NCBI GenBank assembly: GCA_965644495.1
Contig: CBFFSA010000063.1
Coordinates: 1 to 41,569, forward strand
Source of the DNA: Perkinsela sp. CCAP 1560/9
Taxonomy: Eukaryota > Protista > Euglenozoa: Kinetoplastea
Length of the DNA stretch: 41,569 nucleotides
Direction: 5' to 3'
Shown piece after piece: positions 12,253-22,879 of this stretch (the stretch's first letter is position 1; each line of letters opens with the position of its first letter). Made by a program: the position numbers and the translations under genes. Below the pieces are notes generated by a model. The model saw only the letters and a list, made by a program, of their open reading frames with translations. It made no database searches and was not told the DNA's origin.

Positions 12253-13656
12253 CTCTTAAGTTGGGGCCTAATTGCATGTGCCAAGTTGTACACCACACAC
12301 TCAGCTCTTCCTTCACCCACATACAGATCTTTGATTTCAATGGGGATCACTCGAGACATATTGGAATAAGCAACTCGAGTGGCCTGGCCAAACACAACTT
12401 TGGTAGAGAGGCTTTGGGCTGCAAAAAGGGCATCCTTTCGCATGGCTCCAATGGAAAGAGGACTCCGATAATCGCTCCTCATTGGTGGACGAGAAGTGAG
12501 GAGGGCCCAGTTAAAAACAATTGGATGGCGCAGTTGGGGGTTTGAGTCCAAGGGAGGATAGCATGAGGTAAGAATGGAGGTTTTTGTGTTGGCATAGGCA
12601 CCCAGAGCTGAGCGGATGGACTTCCACATCAAGGAGGCGACAGATTTTGGAATCAGTTTGAATCTCGCTAAATATCCCATGCATGGAGTTAGATAGGTAT
12701 TGACCATCCTTACTCTCGAGCGAAAATTGCCACCCCTTTTTTTGATTGCTGCTCCAACTTTCTTCATCTTTAGGATCACTTTCTCCCAATCCTTAAGAGG
12801 AGATAACCGTTTACTCAACCTCACTCCCAGATATACAGTTTCATCACCACAGTAATTGGATCTTGCCATCTCAGCCCAGGGGCCTACAGGTTTGAAAGAC
12901 TCAGTTGAGAGGACAAAGCACTTATTAAAATTCAGTTTAGCTCCAGTCGCTTCTTCATATTTCTTGAAGGTTGGAGTGAGAGAATTGATGGTTTCAGCTT
13001 TCTGAATCACCATCCCCAAGTCATCCATAAAGCCTGATAGGTCTTGGGGGTTGTATTCCTTCTTCAAGCTCACCAGGAGGATGTCAAACACGATTACAAA
13101 CAGGAGGGGGGAGATCGGGCATCCTTGTCTAACACCAGTTCGACTTTGGATTGAATCATTGTTGCCTCCCCTCTTGGATCCACCAATATTCGGCAGCCAG
13201 GTTACAGATTCTCGAAGCACCTTCTCAACAACATAGATCGCTTGAGGGGGGGCATTCAAACCTTTGAGAATATGAAGAAGTGCATCACGATTCACATAAT
13301 CATATGCCTTGCAAAAGTCTGTTTGGAGGAGGGTCACGTCTTTCCCTTCTGCCAGAGCTTCGTAGAAAGAGTCATACACTGATTCCACTGCTTCGTCAAT
13401 TGACCTCCCCTTAAACATCGCATGCTGTTCTTTAGAAATTACTCCACTTGCAATCTCCATCAGCCATTTTGCCTAATATCTCATCACAATCCGATAATCT
13501 GAATTGGTAACACTGATTGGTCAAAATTGGTCAGGGCAGGGGATATTCTCAACTTTGGGAATCAAACAGAGTTGGCTCTCACCAAAAGAGGGGGGGAACT
13601 CCATAATCTCACCCGCTTGTTGAATTAATTCCACCCACATGTCAAAATACTTTTCT
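12253..13656 (-). mobile_element. Family A ORF2 RT region (copy A3), continued at 27378 beyond the B insertion
   Basis: Near-identical to 8302-9704. Joins 27378 onward exactly once one TSD copy is removed. Confidence 0.9.
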
Positions 13657-13657
13657 C

Positions 13658-13694
<37 letters not shown>

Positions 13695-13777
13695 GGGGGT
13701 TCAAGATACAATTGTCTGAATTTCCTATCTTTTGTTGTAGTGTGTATTCTTGTGGCTGGTTGCCACAAAAAAATATT

Positions 13778-14308
13778 ATGGAAACCTCTTCACCCAGTGT
13801 AAAGGAAGGAGAGGGTTTTCCTGCCAGAAACGCCTGGTCAGGACGAGCGGATAGTGAATCATTTGCTCAAGTTGTTAAAAAAAGTGAAAGAAAGAAAAGA
13901 CCTCTCGAAACCAAGGAAGGCTTTCCAGCCTCCAAAGGTCTCAGCAATGTGTTACACGAGATTGATCGGAACAATGTCAGACTATACCAAGGTTTAGTCA
14001 CACGCCTGAACCCAAAAACTGTTGTTGGAGCCAAGTCAAGACCAACAAAGTTAGTGGGATCACTGGATTTTAGACCGGGACTTCCCAACTTCAACGAGGT
14101 TATCAAAGCGATTGAAAATGTGACTTCTCTTAAAGGGAAGATTTTTGTGAATGTCAAGCAGGGCCATTTTGTGATCTCAGCGCTCGAGAACATGGATGCT
14201 GCCAGTGTAGAAAAAGAGTTTTTGAACAAAGGCGACGAATTGGCAAAAAAACTCAAGAAATCCTTTGTTTGGAGGAACAACGAGGACGCAAAATTGTGGG
14301 GGTCTTGA
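13778..14308 (+). pseudogene. Family B ORF1, N-terminal part (interrupted)
   Basis: GSLDFRPGLPNF...GHFVISA...FVWRNNEDAKLWG aligns with A ORF1 GSFCFYEGMPNY...GHLNVAT...FVWKNNQDWNLWG. Confidence 0.8.
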
Positions 14309-14429
14309 CTTTTAAAAAAGTGCTTTTTTAAATATAAACTTCAGAGAACAATTTAATTTTGAGCAAGCAAAAAGTGGAACCTTTCTCTTTCTTTTGTGGC
14401 ATCGGTTTTGTTTTTGATTTGTTGAGAGA

Positions 14430-16481
14430 GTGAAGATGAACGATTTGATTTTTGAGTTTGCTCAAGATGAGAATAGTCATGTTCATTTCAAGAAGGAAGA
14501 AAAAAGTCGAAAACGAAAACGAAAAAGTGAAAACCAAGGATCAGCTGAAAAAGTGGAGCAGGAACAAACGATCAAAACCCTCGAAAGAGACTTGTTTTGT
14601 GTTTCTTCAACATCAGGTTTCCCCAAGAACCCAGCAAATACCTTCTCATCTCATTTTTTCCAAGTTAAGGGGAAGATTGAGGCAATTCAAAACTTTCACA
14701 AAACTGCTTGTCATCTTGTTTATCAGGAGCTCGACACTCAAGTTCAATCGACTCTTAAAAACTTGCGATCTCAAAGTGACAGTTACTCATCTCCATTGAA
14801 AGAACGAATTCATTTATTGAATATCGAAATTGAAAACAAAAAAAAGATACGTTCTCTTCCTGGGATGTTGTCAGAAGAAGAAAAACAGCGTGAACTACTT
14901 GCAATCGCTGAAGACAAAGAGTCAATTTCGTTTTTGAAGGACTTTCTCTTTGAATTTGAAGCTGAAAATCGATATTTTGGAAGGTATTTGGAAGAAGAGC
15001 AAAGATTTTTGGAGAGTGGACAAAATATAAGCAAAAAGGATCAATTGCCTCCAAACCCACCCCAAACCTTGAATGGACAAAAATGGTTGCTGAATATGAT
15101 GAAAGCTTTTTGTGGCCACGAAACGTTTGATGGAATGAAATTCCTTGAATTGTGGATAAATTACGTCATTTTAAAGTGAGGCTTTTTCGAAACAAAATTT
15201 GAGACTGCAATGAATATTGTTGAAACTGTTCTCGATGAATTTGCCAAAACTCAAATTCAAAACGAATTGAAGGAAAATAAGTGGGTGCCAGAAAAAGTAT
15301 GCTCTCGGATTGGGGTTGGGGGGAGGTCTCAACAGAAATGCCACGATGAACTTAATCTCTTGCTTTTCTATCGATATTCTAATGAGAATACACAATTTCG
15401 AGAAGAGGAAAAACGGTTGGAAGGATTGAACAGTGAGTCATTGCGGGACGAATGGAAATCAAACTTTTGTAAGTAAAAGATACCGAAGAACTCAGCTCAT
15501 TTAATCTTGAGAATTGATTTAATGGCAAAGTGGTGGGCTGACTTTCAAGATTTCTCTTCACGTTCATCCTCATCATTGAACTCACCTTCATCTTCCTTAC
15601 CCTCCTCATCTTCATCCTCTTCCTCTTCCTCTTCCTCTTCCTCTTCATCTTCTTCTTCTTCACCTTCCTCTTTCCTTTTGTTGAAATCTCGTCTGGAGGA
15701 AGAATATGAGAAAAGCTCCACAAAAGAACGATTTGAGAAGAATCACTTATTGAAGACCAAATCATTGAAGTTGCTGGTCTTTGTGTTTTCTAAATGCAAA
15801 ATTCCTTTTCGATTCCGAGTTGGTGATGATGGAAATTGGAAATTGGGGTGATACACGGGCACTCAAATGCGGCAAGTATTGGAGAATGTTGAAAGAATCT
15901 TTTGTTGCAATCCAAATCGACCATCCACAACATCATTGTGGGTTACCTTTCGAGAATGTTTTCAAATGCTGACAAGTGACCCCCCAAAAGGGTCAAATCG
16001 TGAAGCAGTCACCATTAATTTTGAAAAAAAAATTGGTTCTTGGAAGGAAAGCTTCACGGATTGGGGAGGGGAGATGGGTTCCACCTGGTGAATTTATTTC
16101 CACATTCTGGAAGCTCACGCAGCGGATACGTATTGTCAGTTTGGGAATTTGCGACCTTGGGCAGCAGAAGCTGGGGAGCAGGTCCACTACTTGGATCGTA
16201 TGCACTTCTATCGGAGTAGCCAACGAGGTTCTGCAAATCTGAACGCTAAAGTCCTCACAACTGGACTTTGTTTTCGATACAGCCATTCTTTAGCAAATCA
16301 ATATCAAACCTCTTTGGATATCCCACAAGAAATTCGAGCAACCCAAACGAATTTAAATCGAAGAAGTGAAGTGGTGACGGACCCAAAATTGATTTGAGCT
16401 GCTCAGGAAGACCTTTTCCTCACATGAATGTACGATCTCGAAACTGAAATTTCTTTGAAAGAAGATGGTGATGAGAAATAA
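14430..16481 (+). pseudogene. ~680-codon single-frame gene with a RAG1/Transib-like DDE transposase C-terminal motif; 6 internal stops
   Basis: Track ORFs 14430, 15210, 15507, 15867 and 16149 share one frame. Stops: TGA 15177, TAA 15474, TGA 15849, 16089, 16395, 16425. Motif YFHILEAHAADTYCQFGNLRPWAAEAGEQVH at 16095-16187. Confidence 0.65.
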
Positions 16482-16558
16482 AATTTACAAGTTTTTTATC
16501 AATTTCACTTCAACCAATTTTTTTGAGGGCTTTGGTTTGTGTGTTGCTTTCCTTTTAT

Positions 16559-17900
16559 TTAGTTTTTCAGAGGATTTGATTTTTTTTTATGATTCACAAA
16601 AGACGCACCCATCATTTTCAACCCTAAATCAAGTGGCAAACTCATGTGAAAGTAACGACAAGCACGAATGGCCATTGCAGATTCTGGTGAATTTTTCCAA
16701 AGGATTCGAAGTTCGGGGAGACCAACACCACAATCACTTTCCCCCCAATCGAAACCCAAATATTGGCAAAATGACAAACCGAAGTTTGAAGCATCTTTGT
16801 GGAGGAGGGTTCCACGGCCTCCTCCAATCCAAATTTGTTGAGTACATTTCATTGGAAGTTGAACTCTCATATCTTTTCCTGTTTCCTTCCAAGCCGTTTG
16901 AAATTTCTCGCACATCCCAATCTGTTCCGCAAAAAAGTTTGAATTCTTTTTTAATCCAGTTATCCACTTCATCAAGCGATACTCTCTTATCTCATACGCA
17001 ATTAAAAGGGACGAAAGAATTTTCTTCATGTCGTCCGTTAGATGTTGAGTTTGAGCCCATTCCATTAAAGAGTTTTGAATTTCGTGAAGCCCAAGAGCTA
17101 TGAGGTTCCACCCCCGAGCATTCTGCTTACATTTTGGCAGGAGGAGGTTCAAAGAGAGAAGCAAAGATTGAAGGATTGACATTTTGTAAACTTCCTCTTC
17201 TGAAGCTACCTAGGAGCAAAAAAACGTGTCATTATGACCACTCTGAGACGAAATGTATAAATCCCCAGAAACGACATTTAAAAGGTTTTCCTCAACCAAT
17301 AAATCCAAGTGCTTTAAAAACCCACCTGATTGATCTGAAAGTTGTTCCAAAATTTTGGGTCTGTCATTCAATTCTGGATAGATTCGAAGCCAACCTTTCC
17401 GATCCCATTCGTTATTTAACCCCCCTTCTGACTCATCGTCGAACCGAAGGATTTTCAATCCTTTTGTCAAAAAAGCAAAATCAAAGGAGGTGAAGGCCTT
17501 TCTTTGAGCTTCGAAGGGAATCTCCTGGAAGTAACGATCCAAGTAGGATGCATTCAACGTGCAATCATGTGATCAGGTGCGAGAGGACGGCCTTGAAAAC
17601 GAACCCCACTTCCTCCAAACTCAAGAACACCATGGTTCCCTTCACTTCCCTCAATTTTTAAATCCTAAATTTTCGATTGGATTTGCTTTGATAAGTTTTC
17701 CCAAGAAATGTTCAATTCTTGTAAAATCTCACGAGCGTTTTGAAAGCGACCCATTTTTCTCAAACTCCTCAAGTTTTTTGCCTTGCCGACTTGCCCCACA
17801 AATTGCGTTTGAGATATTTAGCCACCACTCCTTTCTAAAATTTTTCAACAACAAAAAAATTCAAAAAGTTCCTCAAATTGAACTTTTTGAAGTGTTGAAA
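16559..17900 (-). pseudogene. TET/JBP-like 2OG-Fe(II) dioxygenase; start uncertain; internal stops
   Basis: TLLHKDASNFGLSFCQYLG...GLPELRI...YFHMSLP...KMMGASF gives HxDxxN, a distal H and (R/K)x5F. Track ORFs 16559-17182 and 17210-17557 are in frame, and the frame extends to ~17900 broken only by TGA codons. Confidence 0.7.
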
Positions 17901-18350
17901 TAAAAAAAGAGTATTTTTGCTTCCCCACAAAAAAAAAAGTTTTTGTGGAAAAAGTTTTAAACCTTCAATAAAACTAAAAAATCCTTTTCAGAGGGAGTTT
18001 AATTCATTTGAAATATTTAGCCACCACTCCTTTCTAAAATTTTTCAACAATAAAAAAATTCAAAAAGTTCCTCAAATTGAACTTTTTGAGGTGTTGAAAT
18101 GAAAAAAGAGTATTTTTGCCTCCCCACAAAAAAAAAAGTTTTTGTGGAAAAAGTTTTAAACCTTCAATAAAACTAAAAAATCCTTTTCAGAGGGAGTTTA
18201 ATTCATTTGAAATATTTAGCCACCACTCCTTTTTAAAATTTTTCAACAATAAAAAAATTCAAAAAGTTCCTCAAATTGAACTTTTTGAAGTGTTGAAATG
18301 AAAAAAGAGTATTTTTGCTTCCCCACAAAAAAAAAAGTTTTTTTGTGAAA
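17808..18350. repeat. 199-bp tandem repeat, ~2.7 copies
   Basis: ATATTTAGCCACCACTCCTTT recurs at ~17814, 18013 and 18212. Track ORFs at 17917, 18116 and 18315 are 199 bp apart. Confidence 0.95.
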
Positions 18351-18410
18351 AAGATCTTTCGACCCTTTCTTCCCTCAGTTTTCCACTTCTATTTTCTTTT
18401 CCTTTCCACA

Positions 18411-20713
18411 ATGAAGTGTTTATATTGCAATTCTGAGATTCAAAACGGTTCAGTTCATTATTGGGGTTTCTTGATTGTTGCTCTGGTTGGTTTTCCAGTT
18501 TAATTACAAAATCGAAAATTGAAAAAAACACCAAACTTGTCACCAATTATCTTATTGGAGTTTCCGATATTTCCAAGGGGTTCGATTATTTCGATTGCAA
18601 CACAGCATTTTGCCCAGGTTACGTCGGATACTCAAATTATTGTGGTGGTTCCTATGTGGATTTTTTGAAGCGAACGTCGCGGTTGGCACGAGTCTCCCCC
18701 GCCTTCGAAACCACAATAAAAGTGGATACAAACTCACCCCAAATTGACCAAGAGAAAAAAAAATATTTCAACCTTAGTGAACAAACAAAAAAGGAGGTTA
18801 CTTTTTTTTCATCAGTTTGCTGGAAAGTCAGCTCAGGAATTGGTGAGTCTTCAACTTACCCTCAGTTCCGGATTTGGGAAGAGGTCCTTGAAGAAGGTTC
18901 CTTTTGGTATTTGGATCCCGGAAAATTACAGAATTTGCAAAGCAACAAAACTTTCCCTCCCCTTTTGAGGCCTCTTATCTTCGACGAAAAGAAACCACTT
19001 GTCGGTCGAGTTGAAACCCTCTGTAGTCAGGGGAAACGGGGATATTCCTGCTTGCTCCAACTCTGCTTACCCTTTCCAAATCAAGGGGACCTTTTCGTTA
19101 GAAGTAATTCTTGTGGTGAACCATGGGATCCATCAACATCACTAACTCTGTGCCCACTTTTACTTCTAAAGGATTATTTGCTGGTTCTGAGTAAGAAAGA
19201 ACTCCTCAATTCATTGCTGAATGAAGTTTTCGTTTTTATTCGAGAAAACGATTTCCCTGCAACCAACCAAGCGATTTTAGAGAAGTTGAACCCCTCCAAA
19301 CCACTCAATCCAAGGGATGTTTTTGAACTTGTTCACTCAACACTGTTGATTAAAGAAAAGATTCAATTGGACAGAGTGGATTCTCTTTTTCCAAGTTCTG
19401 ATTACCTCTTCGTCAAGGCCTTGAACACTGACCGTCATCTCCCTTGGCAAAAATCAACCAACCAAAAAGCCTCAAAGGAGTTTCAGCAAGGAAAGGAAAT
19501 GTCAAAGTGCAAGAGGAAGGAAAAATCAGCCCGAGAAACCTCTCCTCTTCCCTCGATGATCCCCAAGCGACCTCAGACTGCACATCCTCAAAATAATAAG
19601 AAACAAACTCCAAAACCCTCCCTGCGTCCCACACGACACAACCATTCAGAAGATTACATTTTCGATTCCCTCCCAAATGAAAAAAAGCAAAAGAAAGCCA
19701 ACACGAATAAGGAAACTGATCACTCATTACCAGCGACCTCATCTCCACGAGGTTCCCCACTTCCCCAATCACCAGAACTTCAACAATCTCCTTCACCAAC
19801 TGAAATTGACCAATCCTTACAACCTGAAAAACCTGTCTCCAGTCAATTAATACTCCACTCTCCTTCAACAAAAATGAAACAATCACAATTAAACACCAAT
19901 CCACTAACTTTTGAGCCAATGATTTCAAACGTACCAACACTTGACCACGTTCAACAATTCCACTCTAATTCCACTTCCTCCGATCCAATAGATCGAAACA
20001 AATCTATAATTCAACAACTGCCACTTCAGTCTTTTCAATCAAATTCCACCCCCATTCCATTCAAAGAAGGAGCAACAAACCCCTATCTTTTTATTCAAAA
20101 TCAACCACCACCAATACCTCAAGTCATTCAAATTCAATCCAACCCATTTTTTCCTCGACAAGAACCAACTTCTTATGAAACATTTTCAACTCCACAAACA
20201 ATAATTCAACTCCCACTTCCTCAATCTTCTCAAACCCAACCAAATTACAATTTCCGACCAGTTCCACAAAACCAAACTTCCTATCAAATACTTTCTATTC
20301 AATCACCCCAACAATTCCAACAAAATTTCAATCCTTCACCCCAAATCCGATTTCAACAAAATGGCAATTCACAAATTTATGGATTGGCTCAACAACCAAT
20401 GTATCAATCAACGGTGGTGGCAAACCCACAACCACTTCAAAATCCCCAACTATCAACAGTGTGTGGCAATGACACATCCTCACAAACCCAAGTATTTTTT
20501 TTTTGGATTTGAACATTTCTCTTTTTCAATTAATATTTTTTATTAATCCATTTTTTTCAAAATTCAGATGAATCAAATTCTTTTACATCAAAGGCAGATG
20601 CAGCAAGAACTTGACGAACTGAAAAAGTTAGTTTTTTCATTTACTAATTAAATTTTTTCCCCTTTTTTTTTCAACATTTTACTAACAATGGAAATAGATC
20701 CAAAAAATAGTTT
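18411..20713 (+). CDS. Large hypothetical protein: N-terminal CxxC, possible degenerate Ulp1/C48-like domain, P/Q/S-rich tail; 3' introns
   Basis: 683-codon open frame at 18461-20512. Upstream MKCLYC at 18411 is in another frame (frameshift). GT-AG intron at ~20492-20567 and a further short exon. Confidence 0.55.
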
Positions 20714-21576
20714 CATTTTTTTCAAGATTTTTTTGTAAAATAAATTTAATTTTGTTTCAAAATAATTCAACAAATAATTTCCTTCAAGTGCAACAAAAGC
20801 CAGATGCATTTGTAACTTCAATGATTCCACAGCATTTGAATTGACTTTTTTTTTTCGTAAATTTTAAAATCAACTCAGATTCACACTCAATCTTCATCAG
20901 TTTGAATAACATCAGATTCAATCCAATGATGAAGAACGATATTTACCTCTCCATTTAAAAAAATATTGCCGCGAGAACTTTGCGAGAGAATCTTTTTGGT
21001 TCGCCATTCAGAACGGTTCAAAAAGCAAGAATCCAGTTTTTTTAAATCGTCTTGAGAACAGATTCGAGCACATTGTCCTGATTCATCGACTTGAAACTTC
21101 ACTTTTTTGAATTTTTTCAATGGTTCCCAAAAAATCTTACAGAAAATTTGTTTTGGCAACGGTAGCTGAATCCGAAAAGATCGAATTCGTTTCTTCAAGG
21201 CAAAATCAAGTCGCTTTTCAAATTCAGGAAAAATCATGGAGTTCACCCATCACTTTGTCTCATTCAAATTGAAACTCTCTTCATCAACAGGAATGGTCTC
21301 CATCAGCAGCGGCTGCTGTGTTTTTTCCACTCCTCTTTTTCGGCATTTTCTTCGCTTCTCAACGGTTTTTTGTTTCCTCTTTTTCGTTTGTTGAATTTTC
21401 TCAGTAATGAAATCAATCTCCATGATTTCATCTAATGAGATTGGAGGTTCTTTTGGTGTTCGTTTTGGCAGTTTCTCATTCCCTTTCGTTGCCAGAATCA
21501 AAAACGGAGAACAAAACGAAAAAAAGTCCGATTTATTTTTTAACCAATCAAATATTGACACGTTAGCACCATACAA
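20700..21576 (-). pseudogene. Basic hypothetical protein, fourth gene of the cassette (ends approximate)
   Basis: Track ORFs 21250-21576 and 20887-21246 are in frame across a TGA, with further TGAs at 20887, 20881 and 20875. NLS-like KKRKQKTVEKRRKCRKR. Confidence 0.5.
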
Positions 21577-21596
21577 AAATTCCGTAATGTGGTGTT

Positions 21597-22760
21597 AAAA
21601 AAGATGGCTCAAATTTACCTGTGCATAATGCTGGTGGCCAAGGGTTGGTGTCTCACTCACCTAATGTTATTCCTGCTGAACCTACCCCTCCGAAGGGCCC
21701 CCCTCCTGTGAAGAAGAGCCATGAAGTTGTACCCAATAACTTCAAAGTACCTTCTTCCACAACTAAGGGATCAGCTGTCCAAAGGAGTTCCTCTGTGGGT
21801 CCAGTCAAGCGTGATACTGCAGCTCTGAGTAAGACAAGTTCATTTTCTCCCATCGGGACCAAAACCTTTTCGAAAATTAAAACGATAAATGGAAGCAGCA
21901 AACAAGTTAGTGGATTCTCAGTGCCCCCCATATTGCCAGCCCAGCGACCGCAAGCTCAACCAAAAAAGAAGGGTACCTGGACATCGGTGAACACATGTTC
22001 CAACCCAGTAGTCTCTTCCTTTAAGTCTGCTTCTTCATTAAAAGAGACTGTGGGCAAGTCAAGAAATTGCGCTGATTCTGTGATCCAGAAGAAGGAGAAC
22101 AGAAGAAGCCAACCTGTTTCTGGCCCTGCTCCCATCTTTATCAACGAAGAAGATTTACCGGTCGAAAATGGATTGGTGGAGGAACCTGACAATAGAAGGG
22201 AGGCGAAATCAATGTTAAAGAAATTGAACCTGAACATCGAATGGGCAAGCGCAACCGAGGATTTCAGAAGAGTTTATGAGGGGTTGGAGAATGGCTCAAT
22301 TTTCCCAGAGGATAGGAGATTAAGGCGTCAAGCTTTCTATTTGGTTGAGTACCTTGTGAAGACAGGATGCACTAAGAGGAAGAAGGGCGGATCAGAAGAG
22401 GTGATTAATGTTAGAGTAGGGTGGGAGAAAGGAAAGAATGAGAGTGAGGAGGGAAAGGAAAAAATATCACAAAAGAAAAGAAAAATCGCACAAGAAAAGG
22501 AGAGCGGGGAAAGAAAGTCGGTGAAATTTCCAAATGAGGAAGGGGTGGGTTTTGTTCATCCACTTATGGAAAAACCCGAGGAAAGAGGCGGTGGTGTCCA
22601 AGACGGTGTCCCCTTTTCCTTTTCGGTTGAAGGGTCAGATATGAGAGTGGAAGGAGAAGAGGAGGAAGAGGGAGATGCTATGGAGATCAAAACGAACAAG
22701 GAGTTTGCCAGTACAACCCAAGCAAGGAGAGAGAGTGAGGGAGGGAAGTCAGTCGTTTAA
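21597..22760 (+). pseudogene. Family B ORF1, C-terminal low-complexity part
   Basis: Open frame directly upstream of ORF2; S/P/K-rich then E/K-rich, like the A ORF1 tail. Confidence 0.7.
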
Positions 22761-22870
22761 AAAAAAAAAACACAAAAACACAAAAACACAAAAACACAAA
22801 AACACAAAAACACAAAAACACAAAAACACAAAAACACAAAAACACAAAAACAAAAAAAAAAAAAAAAAAC
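22759..22870 (+). repeat. A-run + (CACAAAAA)10 + A-run forming the B ORF1-ORF2 spacer
   Basis: Ten exact 8-mers at 22771-22850. Confidence 0.95.
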
Positions 22871-22879
22871 AATCAAACG

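Larger units (their letters stand above)
14304..21594. mobile_element. ~7.3-kb four-gene cassette, putative DNA transposon (Transib/RAG1/CMC-like) carrying a TET/JBP-like gene; left end uncertain
   Basis: Foreign sequence interrupting B ORF1. Contains a transposase-like motif. The right end reads 5'-CACCAC... inward; no matching left terminal inverted repeat (TIR). Confidence 0.6.

Noticed and set aside
11997-13460. 487-aa ORF in the track (likewise the 614-aa ORF at 29016-30860)
   Set aside because: Both read through N gaps and join unrelated pieces.
16465-17903. Plus-strand ORFs of 212, 119 and 114 aa, and similar antisense ORFs over the LINEs and bacterial genes
   Set aside because: Shadows of the motif-bearing opposite-strand frames, with no independent motifs.
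17808-18350. CRISPR array (also considered for the 8-mer array at 22771-22850)
   Set aside because: Whole units repeat with no unique spacers, there are no cas genes, and the context is eukaryotic.
14430-21576. UGA reassigned as a sense codon (alternative genetic code) in the cassette
   Set aside because: The same CGA-to-TGA change is polymorphic between LINE copies, with the reciprocal CGA-to-CAA also seen. Long intact ORFs contain no in-frame TGA. CpG decay is simpler.
21559-21594. RSS-like heptamer/nonamer (CAC...ACAAAAATT)
   Set aside because: The nonamer-like run points the wrong way relative to the terminal CAC, and the spacing is not 12 or 23.
14303-21598. Helitron (TC start, terminal hairpin)
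   Set aside because: No CTRR end, no A|T target site and no Rep/helicase motifs.
14312-21603. TTAAAAAAG at 14312-14320 and 21595-21603 as the cassette's TSD
   Set aside because: Low complexity. Joining there leaves B ORF1 out of frame and ~150 codons short. At most microhomology.
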